Origin: Nitrospira sp.
GTDB lineage: Bacteria > Nitrospirota > Thermodesulfovibrionia > UBA6902
Assembly (NCBI GenBank): GCA_016784355.1
Contig: JADHUV010000009.1
Location: 8,746 to 72,745, forward strand
DNA length: 64,000 nt
Direction of reading: 5' to 3'
Shown: positions 17,564-27,439 of the stretch, in pieces
Position numbering within the stretch: position 1 is the stretch's first letter
Layout of the letters: every line of letters begins with the position of its first letter
Program-made: the position numbers and the translations under genes
Notes under the pieces: model-generated
What the model was told of the DNA's origin: nothing
The model's input: the letters and a program-made list of their open reading frames with translations, nothing else
The model's database searches: none

Positions 17564-18337
17564 CTATATCCGCTTGATCTCATGTGCCATGACCCATGCG
17601 AGCTTATTATCATCCCTTTTGATCTTAAACCAGTCTTTCTTTTCAGATATGATCCTGACTTTCATTCCCCTATATAGGGTGTAATGGGATGTAGCGCTTT
17701 TAAATGGCTCGAATCTCGCCTCAGCGATCTCTGTGATAACCACCGCCTCGCTGTTGAGCAGATTAATACGGTTCGTTATAGCATATAGCAGGGGCAGAAT
17801 AAGTATAAATACAAGAAAAATGAGAAATAGTGAGCGCTTCCTGAAGGCAAATATATACATACGTGCCAGAAATGCAGCAGCGGCCGCAAGCAGCAGAAAA
17901 GAGACTGATAGCGTTAGTTCGTTCAGGGAGAGAAAGCTGAAGAGGTTGAGGAAATGTCTGGACAGGGGGACCTTGTGCTCAGAGATATCAAACGTCAGAC
18001 CGCTTTTTGCATAGTTATAGTTTGAGTTAAGGTCGCTGTCTCTGGGCATAAGTCGTAATGCCCTTTCATAATACAATATGGCCATGCCCGGCTCGTTTAT
18101 TTTAAAATAGCTGTTGCCCATGTTGTAATAGATATTACCGCTCTCGTGGCCGGTCTGTTCCAAAGAGTCATACGCTTTTATAGCCTCAGTATAATTACCT
18201 TCTTCATAATGTGTGTTTCCCTTGTAAAAGAGGTAAGCGGGGTCGCTGCCGGCTTCTTGACAATTGCCGGTATCATATATGAAAACGGACATCATTATGA
18301 AAAAAAGCAGGATGTATTTATCAATATGTTTAAACAT
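17564..18337 (-). CDS. batE: BatE-like TPR + C-terminal SH3-like domain protein
   Basis: signal peptide, TPR repeats, TM, C-terminal SH3b-like; last gene of the bat operon. Confidence 0.6.
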   Translation of the reverse strand: MFKHIDKYILLFFIMMSVFIYDTGNCQEAGSDPAYLFYKGNTHYEEGNYTEAIKAYDSLEQTGHESGNIYYNMGNSYFKINEPGMAILYYERALRLMPRDSDLNSNYNYAKSGLTFDISEHKVPLSRHFLNLFSFLSLNELTLSVSFLLLAAAAAFLARMYIFAFRKRSLFLIFLVFILILPLLYAITNRINLLNSEAVVITEIAEARFEPFKSATSHYTLYRGMKVRIISEKKDWFKIKRDDNKLAWVMAHEIKRI

Positions 18338-20136
18338 TATTTCAGCCTTTCCAATCTCTCAATCACTTTTTTTAACTCTGTCAGGGACTTTCTCATTGTC
18401 TCCCCTGTTATGGTCGCAGAAGCGTATCTGGCCAAATCACATTGATCCAGTATTGCCTGCAGTTTCTGCATGGTTTCAGTATCAACATCTCTGCCTTGCA
18501 GGATTACTGGTGCTGACTCTGCAGTGATGCCAGCAGATACTATATTAAAACGGTCGCTGATATAGTCCTTTATTATGCTGAAAACAGAGTCATGAAATTC
18601 CGCCGTCATGTTTTTATCAATGAATTTGGCAGCCTCCTTTATGCTAGCCGCAGCCTGATCCGGTGCCTTGAGTCTCCGGGCATATCCGGTGTTATTTTTG
18701 AGGCGCTCAATCTTTTTCCGGTAGAAATAAAATGCGGCCAGGGCGATTAAGGCAGTCAGGTGAATACCGAGATATAGAGGGCTGTTATAAAGGTATTGTC
18801 CGGTTTTCCTTATATCTCCCGGTGACTCCTTGATATAGATAATATCGCGACCGATAGAGTCTTCTGCTGTGCGCTGTACAGTATCCTTCTGGGAATCTAC
18901 TATAACAGCCCTCTTACTGCCCACGGTTTTCGCAACATTTACAGAGAAAGGGCCTCTGACGATTGTCTCGTATTGTGAAGATGCAGGGTTGAAAAAGCTG
19001 AACCTGGCCTCAGGCAGGGCGGTAACTTCATGCGACAGCGGTATAAAAATCTGTTCAAATATTTTCGTGTTTCCGTCCTGCGTGACCTGTGGATCGTAGA
19101 CTTTTATATTGTCCGGTATTTTAATCAGGGGTGAAGTTACGGAAGTAGAATTACCGTTTCCGCTTATGCTGATTTTCATAGTAATCGGATCTCCTGTATT
19201 GACCGAGGCAGGGGAGATGCCTGCCTCCATGCTGAACCTGCCTACTGCGCCGTCGAATCCCTCGGGTCGGTCCTTTTCAGGGAGAGGCAGGACAGATATA
19301 GAGATCCTTTCCGTTGTCAGTTCAATCGGTTCTGCTTCTGACCGCCCGAAAAGATCATTCATGGGATCATTGCCGAAAAAATCATCCAGAGGTGAGCGTC
19401 CGCGCCCCTGGCGTTTTACTATTATACTTGCGCCAAGAACAGCCGGGCCAAGATCAAGAGTGCCTGTCTTGGTAGCATAAAACGTAGTATTGAACTCAAC
19501 TACATCATAGATAACCCCATTTTTTCTCTCCTGGTACTGCCTGGGCTTTCCGAGCTCTTCTACTGAAAAGCCTTCGTATTTAAGCTCCGGATATCTTATA
19601 TTGCGTACACTCAGACCATTTACATAAAGTTTTATTTTCAGGGGGATTTCTTCGTTAATGTAGAGCTCTGTCTTTTCCGGTTCCATAACAAGAAAGATGC
19701 GGTCCTGTGCCGCCTGGTTAGTGCTGCCGCTGCCAGGTGCTGCCAAGCTGGAGACCTCTACTTTCAGGGCATTTGAGGTAAAGGTATCGTTATTGTGTTT
19801 AAAGGAGAAGGGCCCTATAGCAAAGATACCTGTTTTCAGTGCCACTAGCCTGTACATATAGGTTATTGAGGATGTCATTTTACCGTTTACTATTGACATC
19901 TCAGTTGAGGGACCGAGGTATCGGGAGCTAAAACCCTCTATGTCCGGAAGCTCTATCACCGGGACATCGCGAATCTTGTCAAATTTAAAATTGAGCTGTA
20001 TTGCATCTCCCGTCTGAATTATATTTCTGTTTGCGCTTATCTGAAATGCCACATCCTCAGAAAAGGCTGTTGCAGATATCAAAAATATATATAGAAAGAT
20101 AAATATCGTTTTTTTATATTCAGCTATTAATTTCAT
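18337..20136 (-). CDS. batD: BatD-like oxygen-tolerance protein
   Basis: 599 aa, signal peptide, C-proximal TM helix; position between batC and batE. Confidence 0.6.
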   Translation of the reverse strand: MKLIAEYKKTIFIFLYIFLISATAFSEDVAFQISANRNIIQTGDAIQLNFKFDKIRDVPVIELPDIEGFSSRYLGPSTEMSIVNGKMTSSITYMYRLVALKTGIFAIGPFSFKHNNDTFTSNALKVEVSSLAAPGSGSTNQAAQDRIFLVMEPEKTELYINEEIPLKIKLYVNGLSVRNIRYPELKYEGFSVEELGKPRQYQERKNGVIYDVVEFNTTFYATKTGTLDLGPAVLGASIIVKRQGRGRSPLDDFFGNDPMNDLFGRSEAEPIELTTERISISVLPLPEKDRPEGFDGAVGRFSMEAGISPASVNTGDPITMKISISGNGNSTSVTSPLIKIPDNIKVYDPQVTQDGNTKIFEQIFIPLSHEVTALPEARFSFFNPASSQYETIVRGPFSVNVAKTVGSKRAVIVDSQKDTVQRTAEDSIGRDIIYIKESPGDIRKTGQYLYNSPLYLGIHLTALIALAAFYFYRKKIERLKNNTGYARRLKAPDQAAASIKEAAKFIDKNMTAEFHDSVFSIIKDYISDRFNIVSAGITAESAPVILQGRDVDTETMQKLQAILDQCDLARYASATITGETMRKSLTELKKVIERLERLK

Positions 20137-20171
20137 CTTACGCCCTGATTCATTTTGAGATAGTCACTGTC

Positions 20172-21014
20172 TTACCAGTCCTTTGCAACTTCCGGATAAA
20201 TTGCAGAGGTATTTTTTTCCAGGTTTCTATCCTCTTCTTTGCCAAACGCTTCAAGCAGTGCCTTGGCCTCATCCGGAGTCATTTGGTCAATTTCTTCTGC
20301 CTGCTCCCCGCTGCCCGTATCTTCTTTCCCGGCCTCATCTCTCTTGGCTGATTTATCATCGGCCTTTTCCTGCTGCTGAGAATCTTCGGAAGGATCCTTC
20401 TTCTCCTCCTCCCCGTTATCCCTTTGTTTTTCCTGATCGGCAGATTCCTGTTGTTCTTTTTCCTGATCTTTCTTGTCGGAATCTTTCTGCTCGTCATCTT
20501 GTGGCGGTTGGCTTTTCAGCTTTTCCATGAGCAGTTTCAACTCCTGCTCTACCAGCTCATAATTATACATGGCATCGGTGTTTTTCTGGTTAAGTTCGAT
20601 AGAGCGTTTGTAATAATCCAGTGCCTCGCCGTAAAATTCAAGAGCGGCCTTTGGGTCGCTTTCGGCAAGGCTGCTTCCGAGATTATATTTTGCATTGGCT
20701 ATGTTGTACGAGGCTTGCTCCTCAACGGATATGTTTTCTGTATTCAGGGCAAGGGTAAAGGCCTCGATGGATTCTTTTAGCTGACCTTTTCTATACAGGG
20801 CTGTCCCAAGGTTGAAATTTATGATCTCCGGGTCAGATTCTTTTATTCGGGCAGACTCGTACATGCTTATGGCTTGATCATAGTTTTCATTCTTGTAATA
20901 ATCATTGCCTCTTTTTACATCACTTGCGGCAGAGGCCGCGAGGCAGTTAGCAGGCGCAAAGGCTGCCAGTATAATGAAAAGCAGTGCGAATATTAAATTA
21001 AAGATCATGATCAT
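20172..21014 (-). CDS. batC: BatC-like TPR protein with acidic/low-complexity C-terminal tail
   Basis: TPR repeats; E/D/K-rich tail; operon position. Confidence 0.6.
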   Translation of the reverse strand: MIMIFNLIFALLFIILAAFAPANCLAASAASDVKRGNDYYKNENYDQAISMYESARIKESDPEIINFNLGTALYRKGQLKESIEAFTLALNTENISVEEQASYNIANAKYNLGSSLAESDPKAALEFYGEALDYYKRSIELNQKNTDAMYNYELVEQELKLLMEKLKSQPPQDDEQKDSDKKDQEKEQQESADQEKQRDNGEEEKKDPSEDSQQQEKADDKSAKRDEAGKEDTGSGEQAEEIDQMTPDEAKALLEAFGKEEDRNLEKNTSAIYPEVAKDW

Positions 21015-21021
21015 TTTTCAT

Positions 21022-22047
21022 TTAAAAGTTTAGCCTGTGCTGCTGATCTGCAGGCCCCCTCTCGCTTATAAACAATTCCAGGCATAGCAGTATTAAGGCA
21101 AAAATAAGCAGGATCTGGAAGCGGTCCTCATATTGTTTGGCCATTTTATTTTCAATATCTCTCTTTTCTATCTTAGAGAGTTTTTCATCATATAGAAGCT
21201 CCAGTCCGAATTCTGTTGAGGTGGCCCGGATATAACTGCCCCCGGTCTTCAGCGCGATGCTTTTAAGCGTAGCCTCATCAAGACGGGTTTTTACTACATT
21301 TCCGCTGCGGTCTTTAAGGAATGTCTGTTGCCCCTGACTGTTAATGATAGGGATAAGTTCTCCGTCTGCAGAGCCTATGCCTATCGTATATATCTTTAAG
21401 CCATCTGCACCGGCCTTCTCAGCCATCTCGATCGGCTTGCCCCCATGGTCTTCCCCGTCCGTTATAATGATAAGGATTTTATTTTCCTTGATGCCGCCTT
21501 CGTAACTTTTCATCGCTGTCTCTATAGCACTTGTTATAGAAGTACCTCCTTTTGGGATGGTTCCGATATTCAGGTCGTCCAATGACAACATGAACCCATT
21601 GTAGTCTGCGGTAAGAGGCGCCTGCAGAAAGGAACTTCCGGCAAAGGCAATCAGGCCTATTCGGTCGCCTCTGAGTCGTTTTATGAAATCTTTAACGGCA
21701 AGTTTTGAGCGCTCCATCCTGCTGGGCTTTACATCTGTTGCCAGCATGCTTTTTGAGGTATCAATGGCTATTATTATATCGAGACCGCTTCTTTTGACCT
21801 CACGCCACTGAAAGCCCCACTGCGGACGGGCAAGGGCTATTATCATAATCACAATGGCGCACACCGTAAGTGATATTTTTATTGCCTGTCTCCGCTCGCT
21901 TAATGATATGATGAGATGCCGCAGCAGTGAGCTTTCAGCAAATCTCTGAAGATCTGCGGCTCTTTTTCTACGGGCCCAGAATAAAAAAGCCAGCAGTGCT
22001 GCAATGCCCCATATGAAATGCATGGAATCAGGGCTGGCGAATTTCAT
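21022..22047 (-). CDS. batB: BatB-like von Willebrand factor A domain membrane protein
   Basis: 2 N-terminal TM; vWA MIDAS motif DTSKSM. Confidence 0.7.
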   Translation of the reverse strand: MKFASPDSMHFIWGIAALLAFLFWARRKRAADLQRFAESSLLRHLIISLSERRQAIKISLTVCAIVIMIIALARPQWGFQWREVKRSGLDIIIAIDTSKSMLATDVKPSRMERSKLAVKDFIKRLRGDRIGLIAFAGSSFLQAPLTADYNGFMLSLDDLNIGTIPKGGTSITSAIETAMKSYEGGIKENKILIIITDGEDHGGKPIEMAEKAGADGLKIYTIGIGSADGELIPIINSQGQQTFLKDRSGNVVKTRLDEATLKSIALKTGGSYIRATSTEFGLELLYDEKLSKIEKRDIENKMAKQYEDRFQILLIFALILLCLELFISERGPADQQHRLNF

Positions 22048-22075
22048 CGTTGGTCTCCCGGGCAGGTAGTGTGCA

Positions 22076-23071
22076 TTATGGCAATCTCCGTAACACAGTA
22101 TTTTTTAATATCATTTCCGCAATGAGCAGCAGTATTCCGGGAATAAGGAACAAGTGAAATATTTCACCGTAAACAGCATAGCCCTCTTCCTCGATATCTG
22201 TTTTTTCCATTTCATCTATCTCTTTGTATATCTCTCTCAGGGAATCTGTATCTGTCGCGCGAAAGTATCGGCCATTGGTCTTGTCGGCCACCTGCATGAG
22301 GATTTCTTCATCTACATCGATCCTCACATTTTTGTATATTGTCCTGCCGAAGGCACTCTTTACGGGGTAGGGTGCAAGGCCTCTGGTTCCGGCTCCTATA
22401 GTATAGACCTTTATGTTTAATGCATTGGCAGCCCCTGCCGCTGTGAGAGGTGAGATCCTGCCGGAATTATTTCTGCCGTCTGTCAACAGGATAACAACTT
22501 TGCTTTTTGCGGTGGAATCTTTGAGCCGGTTCAGGGCCGAACTCAGGCCGGAACCTATGGCGGTACCATCCTCAATCATCCCGGTTTCTATACGCTGCAG
22601 GTTTTGTATGAGCCAACTGTAATCAAGTGTCAGCGGAGCGACAGTATATGCCCTGGATGCAAATGCAACTATGCCTATGCGGTCACTGTAGCGATTGCCA
22701 ATGAATTCCTTTACCACTTCTTTTACAGCGCTCAGCCGGTTGGTCCGTCTGCCCTCAAGCTTGAAGTCTTCGGCCAGCATGCTTGTAGAGGTATCTATGG
22801 CCAGCACTATATCAATACCCTCAGCCTCTATCTTGGCATCCTCCAGCATTTCCTGCGGGCGGGCAAGAGCGATAACTATCAGCAGCAGGGCAAGTATACG
22901 TACGACTATAAGGCTTTTAGCCGTTCTGGTTCTCAGGGTTTGTCCCAGACCTTTAAACATCTTCCCGGAGGGAAAGAGAAGCGCCGGGTGATTTGTCTTT
23001 GTCCTGCTGTATATGCTCAGCGCAAGTACGACAGGTAGAAATAGCAGAAGCCAGGGATCATTGAAATGCAT
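22076..23071 (-). CDS. batA: BatA-like von Willebrand factor A domain membrane protein
   Basis: 2 N-terminal TM; vWA MIDAS motif DTSTSM. Confidence 0.7.
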   Translation of the reverse strand: MHFNDPWLLLFLPVVLALSIYSRTKTNHPALLFPSGKMFKGLGQTLRTRTAKSLIVVRILALLLIVIALARPQEMLEDAKIEAEGIDIVLAIDTSTSMLAEDFKLEGRRTNRLSAVKEVVKEFIGNRYSDRIGIVAFASRAYTVAPLTLDYSWLIQNLQRIETGMIEDGTAIGSGLSSALNRLKDSTAKSKVVILLTDGRNNSGRISPLTAAGAANALNIKVYTIGAGTRGLAPYPVKSAFGRTIYKNVRIDVDEEILMQVADKTNGRYFRATDTDSLREIYKEIDEMEKTDIEEEGYAVYGEIFHLFLIPGILLLIAEMILKNTVLRRLP

Positions 23072-24000
23072 CAGTCCTCACCCCTGCCTTTTGCACCCGT
23101 CTCCACAACGAGATGTTCAGCCGAGTCATAACTGCTGCGAATCTCGTCTTCCCCGGGCTGATGTTTAGCAAACTTAACCATATCGCATTGAACAAGAAAC
23201 TCACTCAGCAGTCCCTTATGTGCAGGCTTAAGCTGGTGGGCATTTTTCAGGTGAACAAGAAACTCTTCAGTCGTCATTTCAGGGGCCTTGAAATAAAAAC
23301 GATCCTCCAGGTAGTGCCTGACTATATCTGAAAGCTCGACATAAAACTCCTGCACCCTGCCGCTAGTGATATAGTCTTTTTCCATTAAAACTTTTAAGGA
23401 TTCCAGAGCTGTTTCATGCGGGGGAGGCGGTACGATTATCGGCTCTCCTGCATATTTTTTCTTTCTCAGCATGAAATAAATGATCAGGGCAATGATAAGT
23501 GCTGCAATAGCAAGGATAATATAAATATAACTGAGATCCCGTAAGGAAAGAGGCGGTTTGATATCTTTCAGCAGGGGTGTACCCTCAGTTGCCTGTAGCA
23601 GGCTGGTAACTGTTATATCGATATCAGGCAGGGTAGTTTTCTGCCATGTCTCGCTGTCTTTTTTGCGGAACCTGACGGTATGGCCTTTTAAGGTGTATGC
23701 GGCCGGCTTGAAAGTGCTCATCATATACCAGGCACGATGGGTCTTGGTGAACAGACCGTTGACCGAACTGCCGGATTTATTTATCTCAAGTCCTGCATCC
23801 TGATCTTCAGGCTCCTGAAATCTGATCTCATAACTTCTCGGGGCCGTGACCTCTATTGTATAAGTGATGAGCTCGCCCACATTGGCGGAGTGTTTATCGA
23901 CGGTTGCTGTTATCGCAGGTACGGCAGGCTCTTCGGCGTAGAGGTTACCGATAAAAATAAGGAGCAGACAGAGTATCAGGGGCGCAGTTTTTATCTCACA
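23071..24000 (-). CDS. DUF4381-like single-TM protein of the bat operon; annotated GTG start at 23880, but the open frame continues upstream through a signal-peptide-like segment with no canonical start
   Basis: ORF track 23071..23880; in-frame extension 23881-24000 encodes ...KTAPLILCLLLIFIGNLYAEEPAVPAITATVDKHSAN with no stop; only ATA/CTG as possible initiators. Confidence 0.5.
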   Translation of the reverse strand, partial: CEIKTAPLILCLLLIFIGNLYAEEPAVPAITATVDKHSANVGELITYTIEVTAPRSYEIRFQEPEDQDAGLEINKSGSSVNGLFTKTHRAWYMMSTFKPAAYTLKGHTVRFRKKDSETWQKTTLPDIDITVTSLLQATEGTPLLKDIKPPLSLRDLSYIYIILAIAALIIALIIYFMLRKKKYAGEPIIVPPPPHETALESLKVLMEKDYITSGRVQEFYVELSDIVRHYLEDRFYFKAPEMTTEEFLVHLKNAHQLKPAHKGLLSEFLVQCDMVKFAKHQPGEDEIRSSYDSAEHLVVETGAKGRGED

Positions 24001-24871
24001 CCCGCCTTTCCCTCATTCTGAAAAAAGAGTAGAGGGCACGTGTGTAGGGTTCATCCGTTTTCACAGCAATATGGTCTACATTGACTGAACGGAAGAGCGC
24101 CTGTCGCTCCTGAACCATCCTGGCCGCATTTGCCTCAAACCGGGTTCTGACGGCCTTATTTGAAGTATCGACAAGAAATCGTTTTCCTGATTCGGCATCT
24201 TCAAGCTCGGTTAAGCCCATATTCGGCAGGCTCAATTCCCTTGGATCGGTCACCGAAACAGCTATAAGGTCATGTCGTTTATTGGCGATTGAGAGGGCTT
24301 TTTTAATATCCTCGGTATAAAAGTCAGAGATTATAAAACATATGGATTTTCTGCTGGTAGTACGATTGAGATACTCCAGTGCCCCGGCTATGTCAGTGCC
24401 GGTACCTGTCGGCCTGAAATACAGCGCTTCCCTGATAATTCTTAATACATGACGCAGTCCTTTTTTTGGAGGAATAAATTGCTCTATGCGGTCTGTAAAG
24501 GATATCAGTCCTACCCTGTCGTTGTTTTTTATAGCGGACATGGCAAGAACTGAGCAGAGTTCTGCCGCCAGTCGGTTTTTCAGTCTATTTACGGTTCCGA
24601 ATGCTGACGATGCTGAGATATCAAGCAGGAGCATTATGGTCAGTTCCCTTTCCTCCATAAACTTTTTGATAAAGGGGTGACCGGTTCTAGCTGTTACGTT
24701 CCAGTCAATAGAGCGAATATCATCGCCGGGCTGGTATTCTCTGACCTCTTCAAACTCCATTCCATGTCCTTTAAACACGCTATGGTAATGGCCGGCAAAG
24801 ACATCTGTGGCCATACGGGAGGTAGTGATCTGAATCCGTCTTATGTTCTTCAGAATTTCTTTGGGTATCAT
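23996..24871 (-). CDS. DUF58 domain protein (MoxR-associated)
   Basis: 291 aa; DUF58 signature region IRSIDWNVTAR; directly downstream of moxR. Confidence 0.75.
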   Translation of the reverse strand: MIPKEILKNIRRIQITTSRMATDVFAGHYHSVFKGHGMEFEEVREYQPGDDIRSIDWNVTARTGHPFIKKFMEERELTIMLLLDISASSAFGTVNRLKNRLAAELCSVLAMSAIKNNDRVGLISFTDRIEQFIPPKKGLRHVLRIIREALYFRPTGTGTDIAGALEYLNRTTSRKSICFIISDFYTEDIKKALSIANKRHDLIAVSVTDPRELSLPNMGLTELEDAESGKRFLVDTSNKAVRTRFEANAARMVQERQALFRSVNVDHIAVKTDEPYTRALYSFFRMRERRV

Positions 24872-24902
24872 ATTATATAGCGGAACCTGTCATAACAATG
24901 AA

Positions 24903-25898
24903 CTATGGAACTTCCACTTCATCAAAAATCTTTTTAATTATGTCATCAGAGGTTTTCTCTTCAGCCTCGGCCTCATAGCTGATAATTACCCTGTGCCGCA
25001 GGACATCGGGACCGATTGTTTTTATGTCCTGAGGTGTTACATAGCCGCGTCCCTGAATAAAGGCATAGGCCTTGGCCGCGAGGTTCAGGTTAATGGTTGC
25101 CCTTGTTGAGGCACCGTAGGATATGAGGCCTGCAAGATCCTTGAGGTTATATTTAAGGGGATCTCTTGTTGCAAAGACTATATCTAGGATGTACTTCTCA
25201 ATTTTTTCATCCATATATATCTCATTTACTACCTGTCTTGCCCTTTTTATATCATCTGGAGAAATGACCGGCAGGACCTCATTGGTTTTGTCTGTAAAGG
25301 CCATGCGCTTCATGATCTCATGCTCCTCCTCCATGGTCGGATAGGTGACGTTCAGTTTAAGCATGAAACGGTCAACCTGTGCCTCTGGAAGCGGATAGGT
25401 TCCTTCCTGTTCTATGGGATTCTGGGTCGCCAGAACTAAAAAGGGATCATCAAGCGGAAAGGTGTTTTCCCCAATGGTGACCTGGCGCTCCTGCATGGCC
25501 TCAAGCAGTGCGCTCTGAACCTTTGCGGGTGCTCGGTTAATCTCATCTGCAAGTATGATATTGGCAAAGATAGGCCCCTTTTTAGTGGTAAATGTACCGT
25601 CCTTGGGGTTGTATATGAGTGTACCGAGCAGATCAGCCGGAAGCAGATCAGGGGTGAACTGAAGCCTCTGAAAACTGGTATTTAAAGCCCCGGCCAGGGT
25701 TTTTACTGAGAGGGTCTTGGCCAGACCAGGCACTCCTTCTATCAGGACATGGCCGTTTGCCAGTACTGCGACCAGGAGTCTTTCTATAAGATACTTCTGT
25801 CCTACTATTACTTTTTCCATCTCTGAGACAAGTGCATGTACAAAGGAACTCTCCTGACGCACCTTCTCGTTTATTGCAAGTATTCCGGCATCAGCCAT
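24903..25898 (-). CDS. moxR: MoxR-family AAA+ ATPase
   Basis: 331 aa; Walker A GVPGLAKT; MoxR-type AAA_3 architecture. Confidence 0.85.
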   Translation of the reverse strand: MADAGILAINEKVRQESSFVHALVSEMEKVIVGQKYLIERLLVAVLANGHVLIEGVPGLAKTLSVKTLAGALNTSFQRLQFTPDLLPADLLGTLIYNPKDGTFTTKKGPIFANIILADEINRAPAKVQSALLEAMQERQVTIGENTFPLDDPFLVLATQNPIEQEGTYPLPEAQVDRFMLKLNVTYPTMEEEHEIMKRMAFTDKTNEVLPVISPDDIKRARQVVNEIYMDEKIEKYILDIVFATRDPLKYNLKDLAGLISYGASTRATINLNLAAKAYAFIQGRGYVTPQDIKTIGPDVLRHRVIISYEAEAEEKTSDDIIKKIFDEVEVP

Positions 25899-26078
25899 AT
25901 ACTGTTACCTCCTTGAAAATAATTATATATTGAGTACCTGCAGCAGTATTTAGCCGTCAGTGACATTATTTTAGTTCATTTTAAAAAAAGACGTATCAAA
26001 TTTCAAGAGAGGACTGTTTGACATAGGTCTGGCCATATTTTAAACTTCATAATAATTTCTGAGGATTATCTATACTTT

Positions 26079-26792
26079 ATGAATAAGTCTGTCAAAGACC
26101 CTGAAAAAATACAGTCCATGTTTTCTACTATTGCCGGACGTTATGACCTTCTGAACCGTGTGTTGAGTCTCGGGATAGACAGGTACTGGAGAAAGCTTGC
26201 AGTCAGGCAGTTAAAGGGAGGCCCGGATGCGCATTTTCTTGATGTTGCAACAGGCACGTGTGATGTTACTTTGGAGATTATTAAGCAGTGTCCGCCAGGG
26301 GTAAAGGTGACGGGCGTGGATTTCAGTGAGGGCATGCTCGAGTTTGGACGGGAAAAAATCATCAATGCAGGTCTGCAGGAGAGAGTAAATATACGTTTTG
26401 CTGATGTGACGGAGTTACCGTTTGAGGACGGCAGTTTCGACAGCTGTATTATTGCCTTTGGCATAAGAAACGTCCAGGATTATAAAAAGGGGATATCAGA
26501 GATGGCAAGGGTGGTTAAAAAGGGCGGTAAGGTCGTGATATTAGAATTTACGACTGCTCAAAACAAATTTTTAAAGATGCCGTATGAATTTTATATAAGA
26601 AGGGTTCTGCCGTTTATCGGCGAGTTGATATCTGGTAAAAAAGGTGCTTATAAATATCTGCCTGCATCAATGCTTGAGTTTCCGCCACCGGAAGAATTGA
26701 AGATGGCCATGGAAGAGACAGGCCTGAAAGATGTTGTTTTCAATAAACTGACATTCGGTATTACGGCTGTACATGTGGGCACGGTAGTATGA
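26079..26792 (+). CDS. ubiE: demethylmenaquinone / ubiquinone biosynthesis C-methyltransferase UbiE/MenG
   Basis: 237 aa; class I SAM-MT motif plus UbiE-type N-terminus (MFSTIAGRYDLLNRVLSLG). Confidence 0.8.
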   Translation: MNKSVKDPEKIQSMFSTIAGRYDLLNRVLSLGIDRYWRKLAVRQLKGGPDAHFLDVATGTCDVTLEIIKQCPPGVKVTGVDFSEGMLEFGREKIINAGLQERVNIRFADVTELPFEDGSFDSCIIAFGIRNVQDYKKGISEMARVVKKGGKVVILEFTTAQNKFLKMPYEFYIRRVLPFIGELISGKKGAYKYLPASMLEFPPPEELKMAMEETGLKDVVFNKLTFGITAVHVGTVV

Positions 26793-27439
26793 CCGATACT
26801 CTGGCAGTTTTGACAAAAGGTCTCGAAGAGCTTGGTATAAAGTGCAGTGAAGATCGTTTGCCTATGTTTGATACCTATCTTCTACAATTAAAAAAATGGA
26901 ACAAGACATATAACCTGACCTCTCTTAATAGAGATGCGGACATTGTTATTAAACACTTTCTGGATTCACTGCTGTACTTAAAGGTAATTCCGGCCGGTGC
27001 CTTAGTCATAGCAGATCTTGGAAGCGGCGCCGGATTTCCCGGTATTCCCTTGAAGATCGCCAGGCCCGAACTTGATATCACCCTGATAGAGCCGACAGGT
27101 AAGAAAGCAATTTTTCTGAGGCATGTTGTCCGGGAGCTGGGGCTGGAGGGTATTCAGGTGTGTCAGGAGAGAGTGGAAAATCTTGGAAGTGTTCATTTAA
27201 ATCACTATGACATTATGGTGACTCGTGCTACCTTCGGCCTTAAGGAGTATCTGGAGCGTGCATCTATATATATAAAGCCGGGGGGATTTCTTGTGGTAAG
27301 TAAGGGACCGGCGGTCGAGCAGGAGATAGAGGACTCGGGCGTTCAGGAGATGATAATGGAAATCCTGCCGGTTAATCTGCCGGTGACAGGGGATCATCGA
27401 AGGCTTATCAGCCTTTCCTGTGCTAAAATATCTTCATGA
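26789..27439 (+). CDS. rsmG: 16S rRNA (guanine527-N7)-methyltransferase RsmG
   Basis: 216 aa; GidB family motifs (DLGSGAGFPGIPL); ATGA overlap with ubiE. Confidence 0.8.
   Translation: MTDTLAVLTKGLEELGIKCSEDRLPMFDTYLLQLKKWNKTYNLTSLNRDADIVIKHFLDSLLYLKVIPAGALVIADLGSGAGFPGIPLKIARPELDITLIEPTGKKAIFLRHVVRELGLEGIQVCQERVENLGSVHLNHYDIMVTRATFGLKEYLERASIYIKPGGFLVVSKGPAVEQEIEDSGVQEMIMEILPVNLPVTGDHRRLISLSCAKISS

Noticed and set aside
20279-20780. Arg/Lys-rich ORFs antisense to the batC acidic tail
   Set aside because: Mirror image of the Glu/Asp/Lys-rich low-complexity tail of BatC.
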